From: Callorhinchus milii
Taxonomy: Eukaryota
Assembly (NCBI RefSeq): GCF_018977255.1
Contig: NW_024704742.1
Span: 51,958,001-52,022,000, forward strand
DNA length: 64,000 nucleotides
Reading direction: 5' to 3'
Position 1 is the stretch's first letter. Every line of letters begins with the position of its first letter. Below are positions 24,030-38,340 of the stretch, piece after piece. A program made the position numbers and the translations under genes. Under the pieces are notes generated by a model that saw only the letters and a program-made list of their open reading frames with translations, made no database searches and was not told where the DNA came from.

Positions 24030-27000
24030 CTGCAACATAAAGCACAAATTTATAACTTAGCTGCGCTAGCATCAGTTTGCAAAACATTCTCCCCTCTGAG
24101 TCAGAAGGTTTTAGATTGAAGCCAGGACTTGAGTTAATTGCCTATGACACTTTAGTGTAATACTAGGGGAGCACTACAATGACAGAGATGCTGTGTTTCA
24201 GATGAAATGATCAACCAAGGTCTTATTTGTCTGTTTCAGGTACATATCAAAGAGCCCATGACATTATTCAAAGAGAGATAGGAGCTTCTTCCAGCGCCTG
24301 GACAACAATCCTCCAGATAAATTGGTCATTTACAAACTAATGGGAGCTTGCTGCCTTAATCTGCTGTCTCGTATGCCTAAAAAAGCAGTCACACACGACA
24401 GTAATTATGTGTGATGTGTTTTGACGTGATTAAGTATTAGAAAAATGGAAGATCTTTCATTGAAAAACTAACATTGAAGCAAAAGAGGCCTTATCCAAAT
24501 TAAACACTGAATCAGCTCTACCAACAGCCATCAAACAACAATGAATCCCATATGTGAAGAGGAAACAACGGCGTAACAAAATAAGATACCCTGAGCAAGA
24601 AACAAACAAATACCAAACTAAAACAATACACCAGTGGCACTGCAGTATTAGTTTGGGGTTATAATGAAAAAAACTACAGGGTTATTATTACTGTGTACAT
24701 TCTAGCACTGCACCCAAAACTAAGACATTCAGAATCTAGTAAAACTGTTGCAACCTTTAAAGAATATTTAGCAAACAATCACCAATGCAAACAGATAACA
24801 CCTATTTTTTATTTCCTTTTTTTCTTACTTTTTTATGGTCCAATACAAAAGAGATAGTCAGTTTACTGACTGACTTCACTGCTAAACTCTTTCTTTCTCA
24901 ATGCTGAATCAAATATGGAGCTGGGGTCCTGAATTCTAATTGTGCATCACAATAAATCTAGCATGTTTGGTTCACTTAGCAAATCATTCAATTTCATGTG
25001 CATTTCAATCAGCTACACTAAATGCAGAGGTACGGAGAGCAGTACCCAAGAAACGAGCAACACACATCGTCCCTACCAATGGAGGGAGCTTGAGACTGTT
25101 GCAGCAAATGAAGTGAACTACCAGTTTACTTGCCCAATGATTAGTATAGTCTTGTAACTCCTGTACTTCAAATACTGCTCATCCAGCAGCTTTATATAGC
25201 TGAGACCAGGTACACTTTTACACATATCCTGTGCATGTCTAATCAATCAATCTTTCAGATTGCTGTCTTAAGGCTTTGCTGACAAACACGTCATGGATAC
25301 GCATTCTCTTTCCCCACGCTTCTCACCATGCCCCTATTGTTTATTTTGGAGGTGTAGAACATATTCCAGTCTCTGTAATGATAGTAGAATTATACTCAAT
25401 CGCTTGCAAAATGTCCTCAACGACCTGCAGGCAACATGGGTTCTGTTCAAGAATGGCCATAATAATAATAATAATAATCTTGAGCTAATAGCACATAGGT
25501 GGAGAGAACAAATATCATGACTATGCAAGGTTCTCAAAGGGAATGGAGATCACTAGGGGTTAGCATTAAATGAGATAAATGGAACTGAAATCAGCATTTT
25601 TTAAAAAAACAAGCACTCTATTTTGAAATTAATTGAATTAGACATGAGTCCATCTGTGATAAGATCATGGTCAGGCTTTATTGACATGTCCAGACAGACT
25701 CCCATTGCCATAATAATAAATAATAATAATCCTTGCATTTGATATAATGCCTTATCACGTCGTTGAGACGTCTCACGGCCCTTAACAGAATATACTGTAA
25801 AGTGAATTGACTATATTTTGTGGGTGAAACTCGTCCAATTGCGCACAACAATTGTGGATTGAGTGAACAAATAATTTTTTTTCTTTGAAGGGACTATTAC
25901 CCCAGAAAATGTTTCGGCAATCTACTAACAACCGTCTCACCTTTATAGGATTGTTAAAATAGAATGCTTATACAAACTAACAGCACCATTCTTTTTTAAT
26001 ATAAAACAATTTCTGGTCATCTTTTCGCAATAACAAATTGCTCTTATAGTCTCAATTGAAATGTTGCCATATGGCTTCAGCTCCTGTTAGCTATCTTGAC
26101 CATTATGTTTCCACTCACACCAAGCAACCTCTGCCATAGCCACCCATAAGCCAGGAAGACAAATAATGAAGTTGTCAAATAAAAAAAATCTGTAATAATT
26201 ATTTAGATATAAAGCACACTATTTTGCTTTAAAGAACTGGCCTAACTCCCAGATTAGTTTTATATTGAAATGTACTTTACAGTTTTTTCCCACCAGAAGG
26301 CTGGAGTGTGGTTTCACTGGTGCCAGCAAACCTCTGGTGCATTGCCCAAGGGGCCGTTCTTCATACAGTATGGGAACCCAGACAGTGAGTATCAGGAGGT
26401 GATTTAACCATGGGGGCACCTGACAGAGAATAATGGGACGGGAGAGAGAGGGAGGTAAAGAAAAACACCCCATAGACTTCACCATGATCTGGCTCTTGCC
26501 CAAATAACTGTGGGTCTGCCTTGAAATCTTGCTATAAAACCATTTTCTAAGTTGAGCTCTATTATTGCAGTCAATGAAAAATGTTTCCAAATGTGTGGTC
26601 CACAATAATAAAGTGGTCGCTATGCCAACTTCACTGAAATAACGAATACCAGTGCCTAAACTACACCTGAATAAACTACCCACGTCAGTCCACTTCTGAT
26701 GCAGTGCTTATGTTGACCTCAACATGTATTCTTAACAAATGTGAAATTTGATTTGCTGTTATATAGACACATTTATATCGACAATTAAACTTTGTTTTTC
26801 TCATTTGTAAGTTGTAACTTGTGCACTTACTGAAAGAAATATTACATTTCAGAACAAATTATAGTTTGGTTACAATTAATGGTTGCACGCTAATTTTTCC
26901 AAGGGGTGGATTGGTAAGGTAAACAAAGGGATTATATAGTTCTATTGTAAAATCATAGACTAACACCAATTCCATGGTGGCCCTAAATATGGTTGTCAGA

Positions 27001-30000
27001 CGTGTTAAAGGTCTTGACCTCTAGGTCAATCACATTATTAAAAACAGAAGGATTCTTATGAATGGTTATGCATCTGTCAGTCTTCTTTTGCTTGCTTCCC
27101 CTCCTCCTGCCCCAGGCTAAATCACATTACTGTTTAGTAACGTGAAAAAAATGCAAATGATATTACACAATTTGAATAGATACCACACACATTGACTGTG
27201 TGTGAGTGAACAACATGCTGAATTCGAAATACCTAGGCCCGTACATGGCTTGAAAAAATGTCAGATTGATCTTAAAGATCGCACTATTCAACAACAACGC
27301 CTTTATATAGTGCCCTTCATGCAAGATAGTGTCTTGGAGCACAGTATAGGGGTGAGGGGACAGTACAGAGTTGAGGTAGAACAAGGTGGGGGAGGTGACC
27401 ATAGGTGTGATTAAAGAGCTTGGGTTCAGGTTAAAGATAAATAGAGAGAGCGAGGCAGAGGGATTGAGCCCTGGCGAACAAACTCCCAAGTAAAATTGGT
27501 CTTCCATTTCATGGGTATTTGTGGGACATTCCTGTATAGAAATTACCTTCCTTCTTTGCCTACAAAATACCCAATCACTCCATTTTACAATATAAATGTG
27601 AAGCAATATGAGTGGAAGTCTCTTCAGAGTTAAATTTACAGAAGTGCAAACAGTAGATTCGATCGAAATAGAATTTGACTCTTCAATCTCTTTAACAGAT
27701 TTTTCCTAATTTCTGAATATCTCGAATACGCTGGTAACATACACTATATGCCAGGATAAAACAACGGTTTATGGAACATAAGCGGTGAGCGGTTCCAGCT
27801 GCTCTGAGCAGTGTCGGCTGCGACACGGGTGGGTTATTTCTGGGAACCATTTGTCCCTGACGCGTATGCTATTCACACACAATAACACATGTGTCACGCA
27901 ATTACTAATTGTTCGATCAGTTTACAGTTATTTAAAGCAGGCTAAAACGTCTGGATGTGGAGTGATGCCTCTGTTTACTCAGGTGACGCAGTGTTTTTTN
28001 CAGCAGCAATGTCTGGCTGCAAGTTGGAAAAGTGGAGATTTGACTGGCTGTGGGAACTAGGACAGAAAGGGAGGTGAGCAGGCAGCTCAGCCGGGGAAGT
28101 GAGGGGAACAGGAGCTGGGCACTGAGTCAGGAAGGGATGGAACAGTGACTGAATACTGGGTTTTGGGAGCTAAGAGGCGTGGAGACTGTGTGGAGGAGAT
28201 AAACAAAGTGGAGAAAATGATGGCAGGTTTTCAAGAAACTTGATCGGGCACGGATAAATTGAGTTTGCACCTTACAGCTCATGCCATCCATTAACACTGA
28301 GGAATGTCAGCTCTGCTCTTCCAGCAGTTCACAACACAGAGAACAATAGTGCTGTATTTCAAACTCTTGATTGAATCACACAGTCCTTCTGGCTGCTGCA
28401 ATTCTCTCTAACCCAACCAAAATAATCTCTCTATTAAAACAATCCTTGCCCAAACATATTTTTTTATATAGAATAACACAGGCTGCAGCATATTAAATAC
28501 GCACATATGCTGGCACGCAATTCAAAGATGTAGCACATCTTGTGGTGCAAATTTATGTTAAAGTGCTCGAGTTTCACTCGTACAGTTTATGGAATATGTG
28601 AGCCCTTGCTGTGTTACTGCCTTGAAGCGCACTTCAACCTCAGTATTTTCCTCACTAAGATGAAGCAAACCAGTATTTTAATACCTGAAAAGTGAGTAGA
28701 ATTCAGCACCTGGCTGAATGCCCACTTAACTATTTGCCAATACAAGATTTGTTTACAAGGGGACTTATTAAGGTTGTTAAGATAGTTACAGTTATTGCCA
28801 GTGAGACTGTGGGATTTGCACCTTATCAAATTACACATATTTCCCTGGACCGTGATAGGAAGAGGGTACAAAACATAGAAATTGTAGAATGGAAGTCTGT
28901 GCAACGATCAAATGTCTCAAAACAACCAAGAACAGCTGTAAAAGGGTGTGTATACGGTGTGTAATTGAAGGTGTGATGTCTGGTTATACTACTAATAATA
29001 ATCATATTAACCCTTGCATTTGATATAGCACTTTATCACGTCTTCGAGACATCTCAAAGCGCTTCACAGAATATACTGTAAAGTAAATTGACTGTATATT
29101 TTGTGGGCGAAACGTGACAGCAATTGGGCATAGCAGTGTCCCACAAACAGCCGTGAGATTGAGTGACTAAATTATTTGTAGACTGTCACTCTGGAGGGAG
29201 GTAAGCTGTGTCTCCTTGGAGCTGAACTGGCTCTAAGGAGATGTGCTTGAAAATGGAATACTGGAATCGAGTCAACCCTCTGTGGTGGTCAAGGTGGTCG
29301 AGTTTCTGAGCCATGTGGGTCCACTGTGCTTCGAGGGCACTGTTTGAATGCAAATGTCTGCTGCGACATAGAGCATGGCAAAACAAAGCCTTGAGCATAA
29401 ATTTTATTTTTTAAACAAAAATCATTAATCTAGATTTTCTCGCAAATTCACACTATTCAGCTGATACCATATTCATCTCCAATTTCTTTTAGACTGTCAC
29501 ATTAATCATTTTACATTGTAGGTCTTGGTAAAGTTAGCCTCTCATGAGGTTGGTTTGAATGACACTGTCCTTTGACCTTTGTGAGTTCAGGGTCCTGTAA
29601 CCTCGACAAGGTCAGTCAGAATATCAAGATGTTTTTCACTGATGATCTCTATCAACAGTGACTGGAAACAGGGAAAATCAGTTTCATCAACCCTGGGGTC
29701 AAACAGGTGACAATCAACTCTGATCAAAATAATAAGTTTCTCATGACCAATAGTTTCCTGGAACCTCAGATAACGAATGTAATTCCTAAAATGGTTTCAG
29801 GTTCTCAATGTGTCAGTCGGGTTGGCCTGATTAATACCAGGTTATCATGGTTACAACTGGTCAAATGGAACAAACTTTGAGATGGGTAACATTAAAACCC
29901 TGGCACATCCACCATGTTTCCTTAAGGTCCTCCATTAATCAAAATGTTTGTTTTGGCAGAATTTAATAAAATTGGAACAAATATTGTAAAAACATGCAAT

Positions 30001-31842
30001 TGGAGAATAACTACCTAAAAAGTTTCAAAATAAAAAATTAAATGGGGATGCAATAATTTGGACTCGGACACAGTAATAAAGGATAACTTTTGTATTTCCA
30101 CCTGCTCCACTTTTCTTTAAGCTTCCCAACATATATATATCACATTGACAGGAATGGGTGGGGGTTTGCGACAGTTTATATGTGCAAAACAGAAACTGTG
30201 GGGATCATGAACTAAAAAAGAAATAGTGTGAGGTGCTCACAAACTAAACTGGCACCCAGAGCAAGACAAACACATTCCAAAAAAATCTGATCCAATAATC
30301 CAATCTAATGACTATAGTCCTGTGTAGGAGAGCAAACGCATTAAAGCAATTTTTGCACCAGTTGTCGAGGTTTTTAGAACATGAGAATTGTACTGTTTGA
30401 GAACAAAATGCTCACCACTATGCTCTGACCTCTAATCTAGTGCAATTCCTGAAACCTCATTTTTGTAAATTAGCGGTTTATACCATATGTGTGATCTATG
30501 GACCACTGGTTTGTTTATCATTGTTAATTGTTCACCTGGAAGTAATTTCTAGGACATTCCATGACTTGGGTCATTTGGGAGTCATGAACTTCACTGCCAT
30601 TTTAAATGTATTGCTTTTCCCCCAGTCATACTAATGTGTGGCACACATCAGATAAAGAATTCTGAGTGGTGTTTTCTACAAAAGGAAATAATCTGGGTGA
30701 TGCCTCTTACACTTCCTTGCAAACAGTTAACGTTCCATTATCACATCCCTCTTCTCAACATCTGCAAGCGATCTGCCCATCATATCGGGGTCTAATTTAA
30801 GATATTTCTTAATGAGATTCCAGAAATCCTGTTGACTAACACTGGAAGCAGATTGTGTCAAGAGTTTCTGTGACTGGAATGACATACCTCTGTTTAGTGG
30901 AAGGGATTTCTCAATACTCGGATTCCTTGGAAAGGAATTCTATAAATACTTTAATTTAGCCCCTACCCCCAATTCTAAAACACATTACTAAAGCAAATGT
31001 CACACTTTTTACTACTTTAACGACCAAGCTTGGTAATGCATAACTATCAACTTAACTAAATTTATCAACCTTATTTTCTCACCTATTTTTTTCCACTTTG
31101 GTAGTGACCAAATTATGAATCTTAGTCCTTCACCAAGATTTCTCAATTTAAAATTATTTTGGATGTGCCTCAAGGCACATGTTTTCATTGAGTTTCCTCC
31201 AAACTGTAAATCATAAACAAAATTTAGTCAGCATAAACTAATTTCATAACTCTTTGCTCAGTTGATAGCATTGTTGCCTCTCAGCTGTTTTTCCTAGGTG
31301 TACGATTTACCCGAACCAGCAGCATAAGGCTAGTACAGGATTAGAGTCATGCACATACACCCAGACAGCATGAGAGGTAGCCAGACAGACAACTAGAGAG
31401 ATAGACAAATGGATACACACAATGATTACAGTTTGCGATCCTTTCACTTTTGCCCCTCCTCCTCTGCTTTCAAACCCCAGAGAATCATCAGTTCAAGCTC
31501 TATGCCGGGACTTTGAACTCACAATCTAGGTCGATACTCCAGGGGTGGAGGTGAGCTGCATTGTACAGAGATGCCTTTCTTGAGATGAGGCATTAAACTA
31601 AATTTCATCTGCTGGTTTAGGAAAACAGTAAAGATGCCATGACAGCCTTCGAAAAGAGGAGGAAGTTTCTCCTGAGGTCCTAGCCAACAAACCACTACAT
31701 AAAAACATGATCATTTCACTTTATTGCTGTTTGTGGAACATCTCTGTGTGCCAATTGGCTGCCACTTATGTCCACAAATACCAATGACTCCACTTTACGG
31801 AAGACTCTGTGAAGCACTTTGAGACATGTCGACGTACATCAG

Positions 31843-32248
31843 TAATAATTCTTATATTTCGAATAACGTCTTTCACATCAAAAGGATGTCGCAAAGCACT
31901 TCACAGGATGCATTGTATAGTGCAGTGACAGGTCAGATAATTTTGCATATATCAATGTCCCACAAATAGCCATGGAGTGAGTAACCAATTATTTTATTTG
32001 GTTTTTTTTTTGGCCAGGACTCTGGGAGAAGCTCTTTTCTCTTTTTAAATAGTGCCATGAGATCTTTAACATCTACTTGAACAGGCAGACAGGGCCTCGT
32101 TTAATATTTCATCTGAAGGATGGCACCTCCAACAATGCAGCACACCCACAGCACTACATTGGGGTATCACCTTAAACTATGTGGGTAAGGCTTGAACTCA
32201 CAACCTTTTGACTCAGAGGTGAGAGTGCTACCAATTGAGCCTGACTGA
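31843..32248 (-). mobile_element. Deu-like tRNA SINE, full length
   Basis: Reverse complement of the same family. Further degraded copies at about 4428-4770(+), 9660-9945(-), 17050-17280(-), 24060-24440(+), 31250-31830(+), 35155-35500(+), 43170-43530(-) and 54393-54980(-). Confidence 0.8.
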
Positions 32249-34359
32249 TACAACAAATGAAAAGAGGGTAGGAACGAGGAATGTCTGACATCTCTCACCA
32301 AGCTTAAGAGTATCCAAACCAAACTGAGACTACCATGCATCCCACCTACACATGGAAATTCCAGAGATATTTATTGGAATGGAATGCATACTCTTTCCCT
32401 GGAGGGATGCATCCTGCTTACTTAGTTCTGGAGAGTATGAGGTGCAGCTTGGCAAGAACCAAGGCTTTCAGACCCCAAAATGTACATCGGGGAATTGCTG
32501 GAGTCTCACCAGCTAAAATCGTGCAGCTTGTCATTAAGAGCACTGCCGAGCAAGCTTTTCCACTGTTTGTCCAACTTAGATCATGCTAACTGTTAGGGCT
32601 TTGGTTTGCAGGGTTAAAGGGAATGGATTGGAAAGAGTCCCTGCCCCCAGTGTCTGGTCTGCCCTTCCAAGTTCTGCCAATGAGCCAGGCTGACTGTGCT
32701 GTCATCAGAGGTGCCCTGTTCAGCTCCAAGGAGACCCTGCTTATCTTCCCCCCCCCAAGGAGGATGGGTGAGTGTTGGGAGGCGATTCAAACACAGGCAT
32801 CACAATCAATTATCCCTATCCTGTCTCCACCTCTAACCACATGTGCACTTTTCAGGCTAGGAGAGTTGAGATGGTTACTGTACAACGATCAGGAGAAAAA
32901 AACTCTTACTTTTTTCCACCATTTCCTAGCCCAGGGATACTTAAGCTCATTGTACCACATCCCTATAGTGTAGCTGAGACTGGCTAACTCAGCACTGACA
33001 GGGATTGATCTGGGACCTTAGGGGACCTTACATTCTATAGCAATATTATATGTTATAATATATTGTACAGCCTCACTACTGTAGCTAACTCAAAGTAGAC
33101 CTGAATCAACACTGGGACTTTCCAAGGCCTATAACATATCGTGGTCTTAAGGCTAAGATAGGTTTAGCTCAGCAAAGAAAATACAGCACACATTTATATA
33201 CTCAGTTCTATAGATTCAAAGGGAGATGTGAAAAGATCAAGGAGATAGATATTGATACACTGAATAACTTAGCTCCTATCTGCAATGATGTAGGATGGTT
33301 TCACTCGTGCCTTGAGACAGATTTTACTGCTATGCAAATAATAGAAAACAATTGACTATCTGGACTTTCTTACATTTTGTGGCTTATATAGTAAGTTAGT
33401 CCTCTCCTAATATCTATGCTCCCTTCAAAGTATAAGGCAATGGAAAGCGGGGAATAGTAATTGTTTGTGACAAATTAGATTCTGTAACAATCTGAAACAA
33501 TCCTAGAAAACTGGGATGTTACATGAGACATGCAATAAGGCTGACCCTCAATCAATGTCTTCATTTACGTCATGAAACTAAAGCAGTTAATATAGCTGTT
33601 TTCTGTGTGTGGAATTATACCTTACATTATGCCATCATTTCAACAAGGAAAACACAGGGTAATGTAAAATGAGATTCTGATCACATGAGATCAGTGGAAA
33701 GTACAGAAATAAGAGATTTCTATGCTCCTTTCATAAAATGTGATATAAAAGGATTTTTCTCTAGAGACTGACTGAATAAAGACATTAATTACAGCACAGC
33801 TGTCACAGGGACATAAAATTGTGCTTCAGTTTCTCAGTGAATTTGCCAACCCACCATTTACTTTCCTACCAAGAACTTATGCTGCATTACTACATGGCAT
33901 AGTGCTGCTTCAAAGTGGGGGATAGGCTAAGTAACTCATAACACATCAAGTTCAGTATTGCTGAGGCAACAATAAAACGTGAACATCATGTGAGCCACTA
34001 TAGCAGATCAATTAAACTGCAAGCCCCAGAAGTTATGCTCAACTGTGCCATGCCCTGGTCAGTCTGCATCTGAAGCACTTGGTAAGGTTCATGAGGCAAG
34101 ATATAATGGGGTCAGTTAGGCTTCAGACACAGTGATGGGAAACAACTAAAAAAAAGCTTAGTTACTTCAGCCTTGAACAGAGAATTCTCACAATAATAAT
34201 TAATAATAACTTGGTCATTCAATCCACAACTGTTTGTGGGACACTGCTGTGCGCAATTGACTGCAACATTTTACTCACATTATACACAGTCAATTCACTT
34301 TACAGTATAACCTCTGAAGTGCTTTGAGACATCTCAACAACATGATAAGGCGCTATATC

Positions 34360-34838
34360 AACAACAAAATTACATTTATAGAGCGCCTTTCACATCAGGA
34401 CGACGTCCCAAGGCGCTGAACAGTCAAGGGGTCGGGGCCCGAGCATGGGGGAGGGTTGGTGTACGGGTGAGGGAAGGTAGAGAAGTGGGAGGGAGACCAA
34501 AGGCACGGTCGAAGAGAAGGGTCTTGAGACCGGCCTTGAAGGAGGAAGCGAGGCGAAGGGACCGTGGGATGGAGTTCCAGAGTGTGGGGGCAGAGAGGCT
34601 GAAAGCCCGGCCACCGATGGTATGGTGGGTCGGGCGGGAGACATGGAGCAGGCCGGAGCCCACTGAACGGAGGGAGCGGGCAGGTTGGTAGGGAGTCAGC
34701 AGGTCAGAGAGGTAGGAGGGGGCAAGGCCATGAATAGCCTTAAAAGTGAGGACGAGGATCTTGAGCTCGATCCTCTGGGGGATAGGGAGCCAGTGGAGTC
34801 AGGCGAGGGTGGGAGTGATGGGTTCACAGAGCCTGGTG
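34360..34838 (-). mobile_element. L2-clade LINE 3' fragment nested in a SINE tail
   Basis: GSGLLHVSRPTHHTIGGRAFSLSAPTLWNSIP; closely similar to the 40158-40640 copy. Confidence 0.88.
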
Positions 34839-37169
34839 TAAGTATTATTATTATTATAATAGTAAAGCACCACTGTAGTGTCCTTCATTGCAGCATTTTC
34901 TCACTCATAGCATATTAATGTGCTTTTGAAATCTGAGTTTCTGAATATGAAATGTTTCTGTATTTGAGGGTTTAGCTGCAGCTCTGCTTATTTTTTCTTA
35001 AAGCATCCATAATCCCAAATTAATCAGACTAAGTCTGAGCTAGCATGAAAAAGAAATTAATAGAAAGATTTGTTCTTACATAATTGTCTGAGAGAAAACA
35101 GGAGTCATGGGAGTATAGTTACTGATGGTAATAAAACAATTATGGTGGTTCTTTAAGGGCCGATCTTAGGTTGTTGGTACTCTTACCTATGGATATGAAG
35201 GTTGTGGGTTCAAATATCCACGTCAGGATTTTGACCTCATAGTGTAGACTGACACTCCAGTGCAGGGCTGGGGAAGAATTGCATTAACAGAGGTACCAGC
35301 CTCCAAATGAAACATTAAAGTCCCGCCCCATCTGCCTGCTCAGGTTCCATGACACCTGAGCTTCTTTGAAAACAGAAGCGAGTTTCTCCCAGTGTCCTAG
35401 CCGACAATCCCACAAATACAACTGGTCATTCATTTCATTGTTGTTTTAGGACACTGCTGTGTGCAGGTTGACTGCAAAATAGAGTCAATCCACTTTACAT
35501 TGCAGCAATGTCTGAGGTGCTGTCTTTGGATGAGACGTTAACCCCCAAATCTGTTTGTCTATCTAGGTGGATATTAAAGATGCAACACAGAGTTTTGGGT
35601 AAATAAAATTTGCACTTTTATAGCTCCTTTCACGTAGGGAGAATATTTCAAAGTTTTCTAAAAAGACTGACAGGAAGCCCATGCTGGGAGGAAACAGGAG
35701 GGTAGGAGAAAGGTGGTAGAAAGCACAGTCAAATAAATAGGTTTTATGATAGATTTTGAATGCCTAGAGGGAGGAGAAGAGGTGGAGGAACTCAGAAGAG
35801 AGTTCAGAGAGAGGGGAAAAAGTGGCTGAAAGCTTGTCTATTGATGGTTGGGTAGAGTGGGCTGGGGTATGAAGGGACTGTAATCTTAACTCAAACTATG
35901 ATATTATCTGACCCCTTTGAACATAACTCACTTGCAGTCATATCCAGGTTTCCATTATTCTGGATTGATATTTGGAAAAATATAGGCCAAATTTACTGAG
36001 GCACGTAATGCTTGGATCAAAAAGTCTGATAATGGCAGTGAATAACAAATATACATCGGAATCTGATATTTGGACCAAGATGGTACTTATTCATTTACAT
36101 ATATTCCACTGTAGAAGAGCACTCAAAATAGGGCAACATTATTAACTCGGAGGCAACATCATTAATTGTGGTTACTCTCCTCCCTCTATCTCCCACAAAT
36201 CCTTCCTACCTAGTCTATTTGTTAAGTGAACTCAAAGCTGATCAGGTTTGGGCAGTTAGTCCATAGTTGGTTACAGGAAAAATTTCAACTTCTTTGTGAC
36301 TCCTCTAATATTCTTCTGACTATATGGTAAATCTTTTATACGAGGTTGTAAGCAGCAACATCAGTATTTGTTAGGAGCGAGGGAGAAGACTAAAACCTTG
36401 GCAGTCAGTGACCGTGGAGCTTCAGTTACTGACAGAAACACCGACATTTCTGGATAGACAGGTTTGCTGAATCACCCAAAACCACACGACAAAGTCGTGT
36501 TTGCAAACTCAAAAACATCCAACTTCTCATAAGAGACACCTTTCCAGAAACACTGGGATTCCCTGATTAATGGAGAGGACCCCTCTCCAATAGATGAGAT
36601 TTGAAAAAGCAACGTTAGAATCAATTCCACCTAATCACTTGGTTGTTAGATTCCCCTTGATGTTACTCATGTTTGTTGAAACATTGGCAAACAAAAGATG
36701 AACTCCTCCAATAGCCCTGAGGGTATTGGCACCAACTTTATATTATAGTATAATCACACCAAATTAAAAACGAAAACAGGGAGGAACAGTTCTCTATCCT
36801 TTAGGACATCAGCTATCAGGTTAGAGGGAAACAATAACATTCTGATTCTCATTGATAAGCCAGATATGCTGGTCAACCATCAACAACACCTTAGCTACTG
36901 CAGAACCACTTGTGATCTCCCTCCACAGTCAAGTACAGAAAATTAGCTGGAAACTTGGAAGAGGAAAAACTATTACTAGGGAGTATCTGCCACCGAAAGT
37001 ATGAATCAGAGTTTCATTGACTTTATTTATTTATCTCATACAGGAGCAATTGTAGTAACTCTCCTCCCTCTACCTCCCACAAATCCTTCCTACCTAGCCT
37101 ATTTGGTAACTTATAATGGTCTCGACCAAGCTCTGTGAGCCGATGACCCCTATCCTTGGCTGGCTTCAC

Positions 37170-37560
37170 AGGCTCCCCAGTCCCCAAAGATTGAGATTAA
37201 GATCCTCATCCTCACTTTCAAAGTCCTCTACGATCTTGCTCCTTCCTACCTCTGCAACCTGCTAACACCTTATCAACCTGTCCGCTCTCTTCACTTGGAG
37301 CTGTGCCATCCTTGATGACCTTCATCCTCTGGAATTCCATCTTAGATCCCTTCACCTTGCTCCCTTGCTTCCTTCAAGGCCCAACTCAAGACCTTCCTCT
37401 TTGACTGTGCCTTCAGTCATCCTTCCACCCTCATTCCCCTTCGTCCCTTACTCATCTTGATTCTAACCCCAGTTCAGGTACAAACATGTGACTGTCCAGC
37501 ACCTTAGAACATCATCTCGATATGAAAGACGCTATGTAAATGCAATTTGTTGTTGTTGTA
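37170..37560 (+). mobile_element. L2 3' fragment
   Basis: aagatcctcatcctcactttcaaagtcctc (KILILTFKVL) through a tail atgcaatttgttgttgttg. Confidence 0.8.
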
Positions 37561-37917
37561 CTGTTAGGTCTGGCTGGTTAATATTGTGCCAAAAGGATAG
37601 GAAGCCAACCATGTATCATGTGAACCTGTTCAAGAATCCCATCTGTGCATATATTTGAGCCATACACTGGTCATTACCATCACTCTTTCTGCCATTATTG
37701 AAAGAATTAACAATAACAACAAATTGCATTTATATGGTGTCTTTTACATCGAATGACATCACAAGGTGCCGGACAGATAAAGGTGTGTAATTGTGGGGGC
37801 TGGAGAGCCAGTGGAGCCGGACGAGAATGGGGGTGACAGGTTTATGGAGCTTGAAATAAATAAAACTGAAATCAAAGGCAGAGGTGGCAGAATAACACAG
37901 ATGTCATCAGCCTCTAT

Positions 37918-38340
37918 GTGAGTCTGGCTCAGTTGGTGACACTCTTGCCTCTGAGTCAGAACATTGTGGGTACAAGCCCCATTTGGGGTCTTTGAACTCA
38001 CATACTGTTGTCTAGGCTGACACTATCATACAGTGCTGGAGGTGCTGTCTTTCGGATGAGACTTTAAACAGAGATCTGCCTGCCTGTGTAGATGGATGTT
38101 AAAGATCCAATTATGCTACTTCAAATGAAAAGAGAATTTCTCTCAGTGTCCTGACTAACAATCCCCCAAATAGATTTGGTCATTCACTTAATGACATTTT
38201 GTGGCACATTATTTGAACAAAATTGGCTGCTGTATTCGCCTACAAAAAATTACAGTTACTAGACTTTACAGTAACTTCTGTGATACACTAAGTTGCCCTC
38301 CTGATATAAAGACACTATGTCAAATGTAATGATTATTATT
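37918..38340 (+). mobile_element. Deu-like tRNA SINE, full length
   Basis: tggctcagttggtgacactcttgcctctgagtcagaa head and ggaggtgctgtctttcggatgagactttaaac core. Confidence 0.8.

Noticed and set aside
26219..27606. 154-aa and 147-aa minus-strand intronic ORFs
   Set aside because: No recognisable domain, partly repeat-derived, and the LNX1 reading frame is complete without them.
29186..29398. ORF starting MLKALF, superficially like the p70 start
   Set aside because: No further similarity; the real p70 exon is at 42015-42106.
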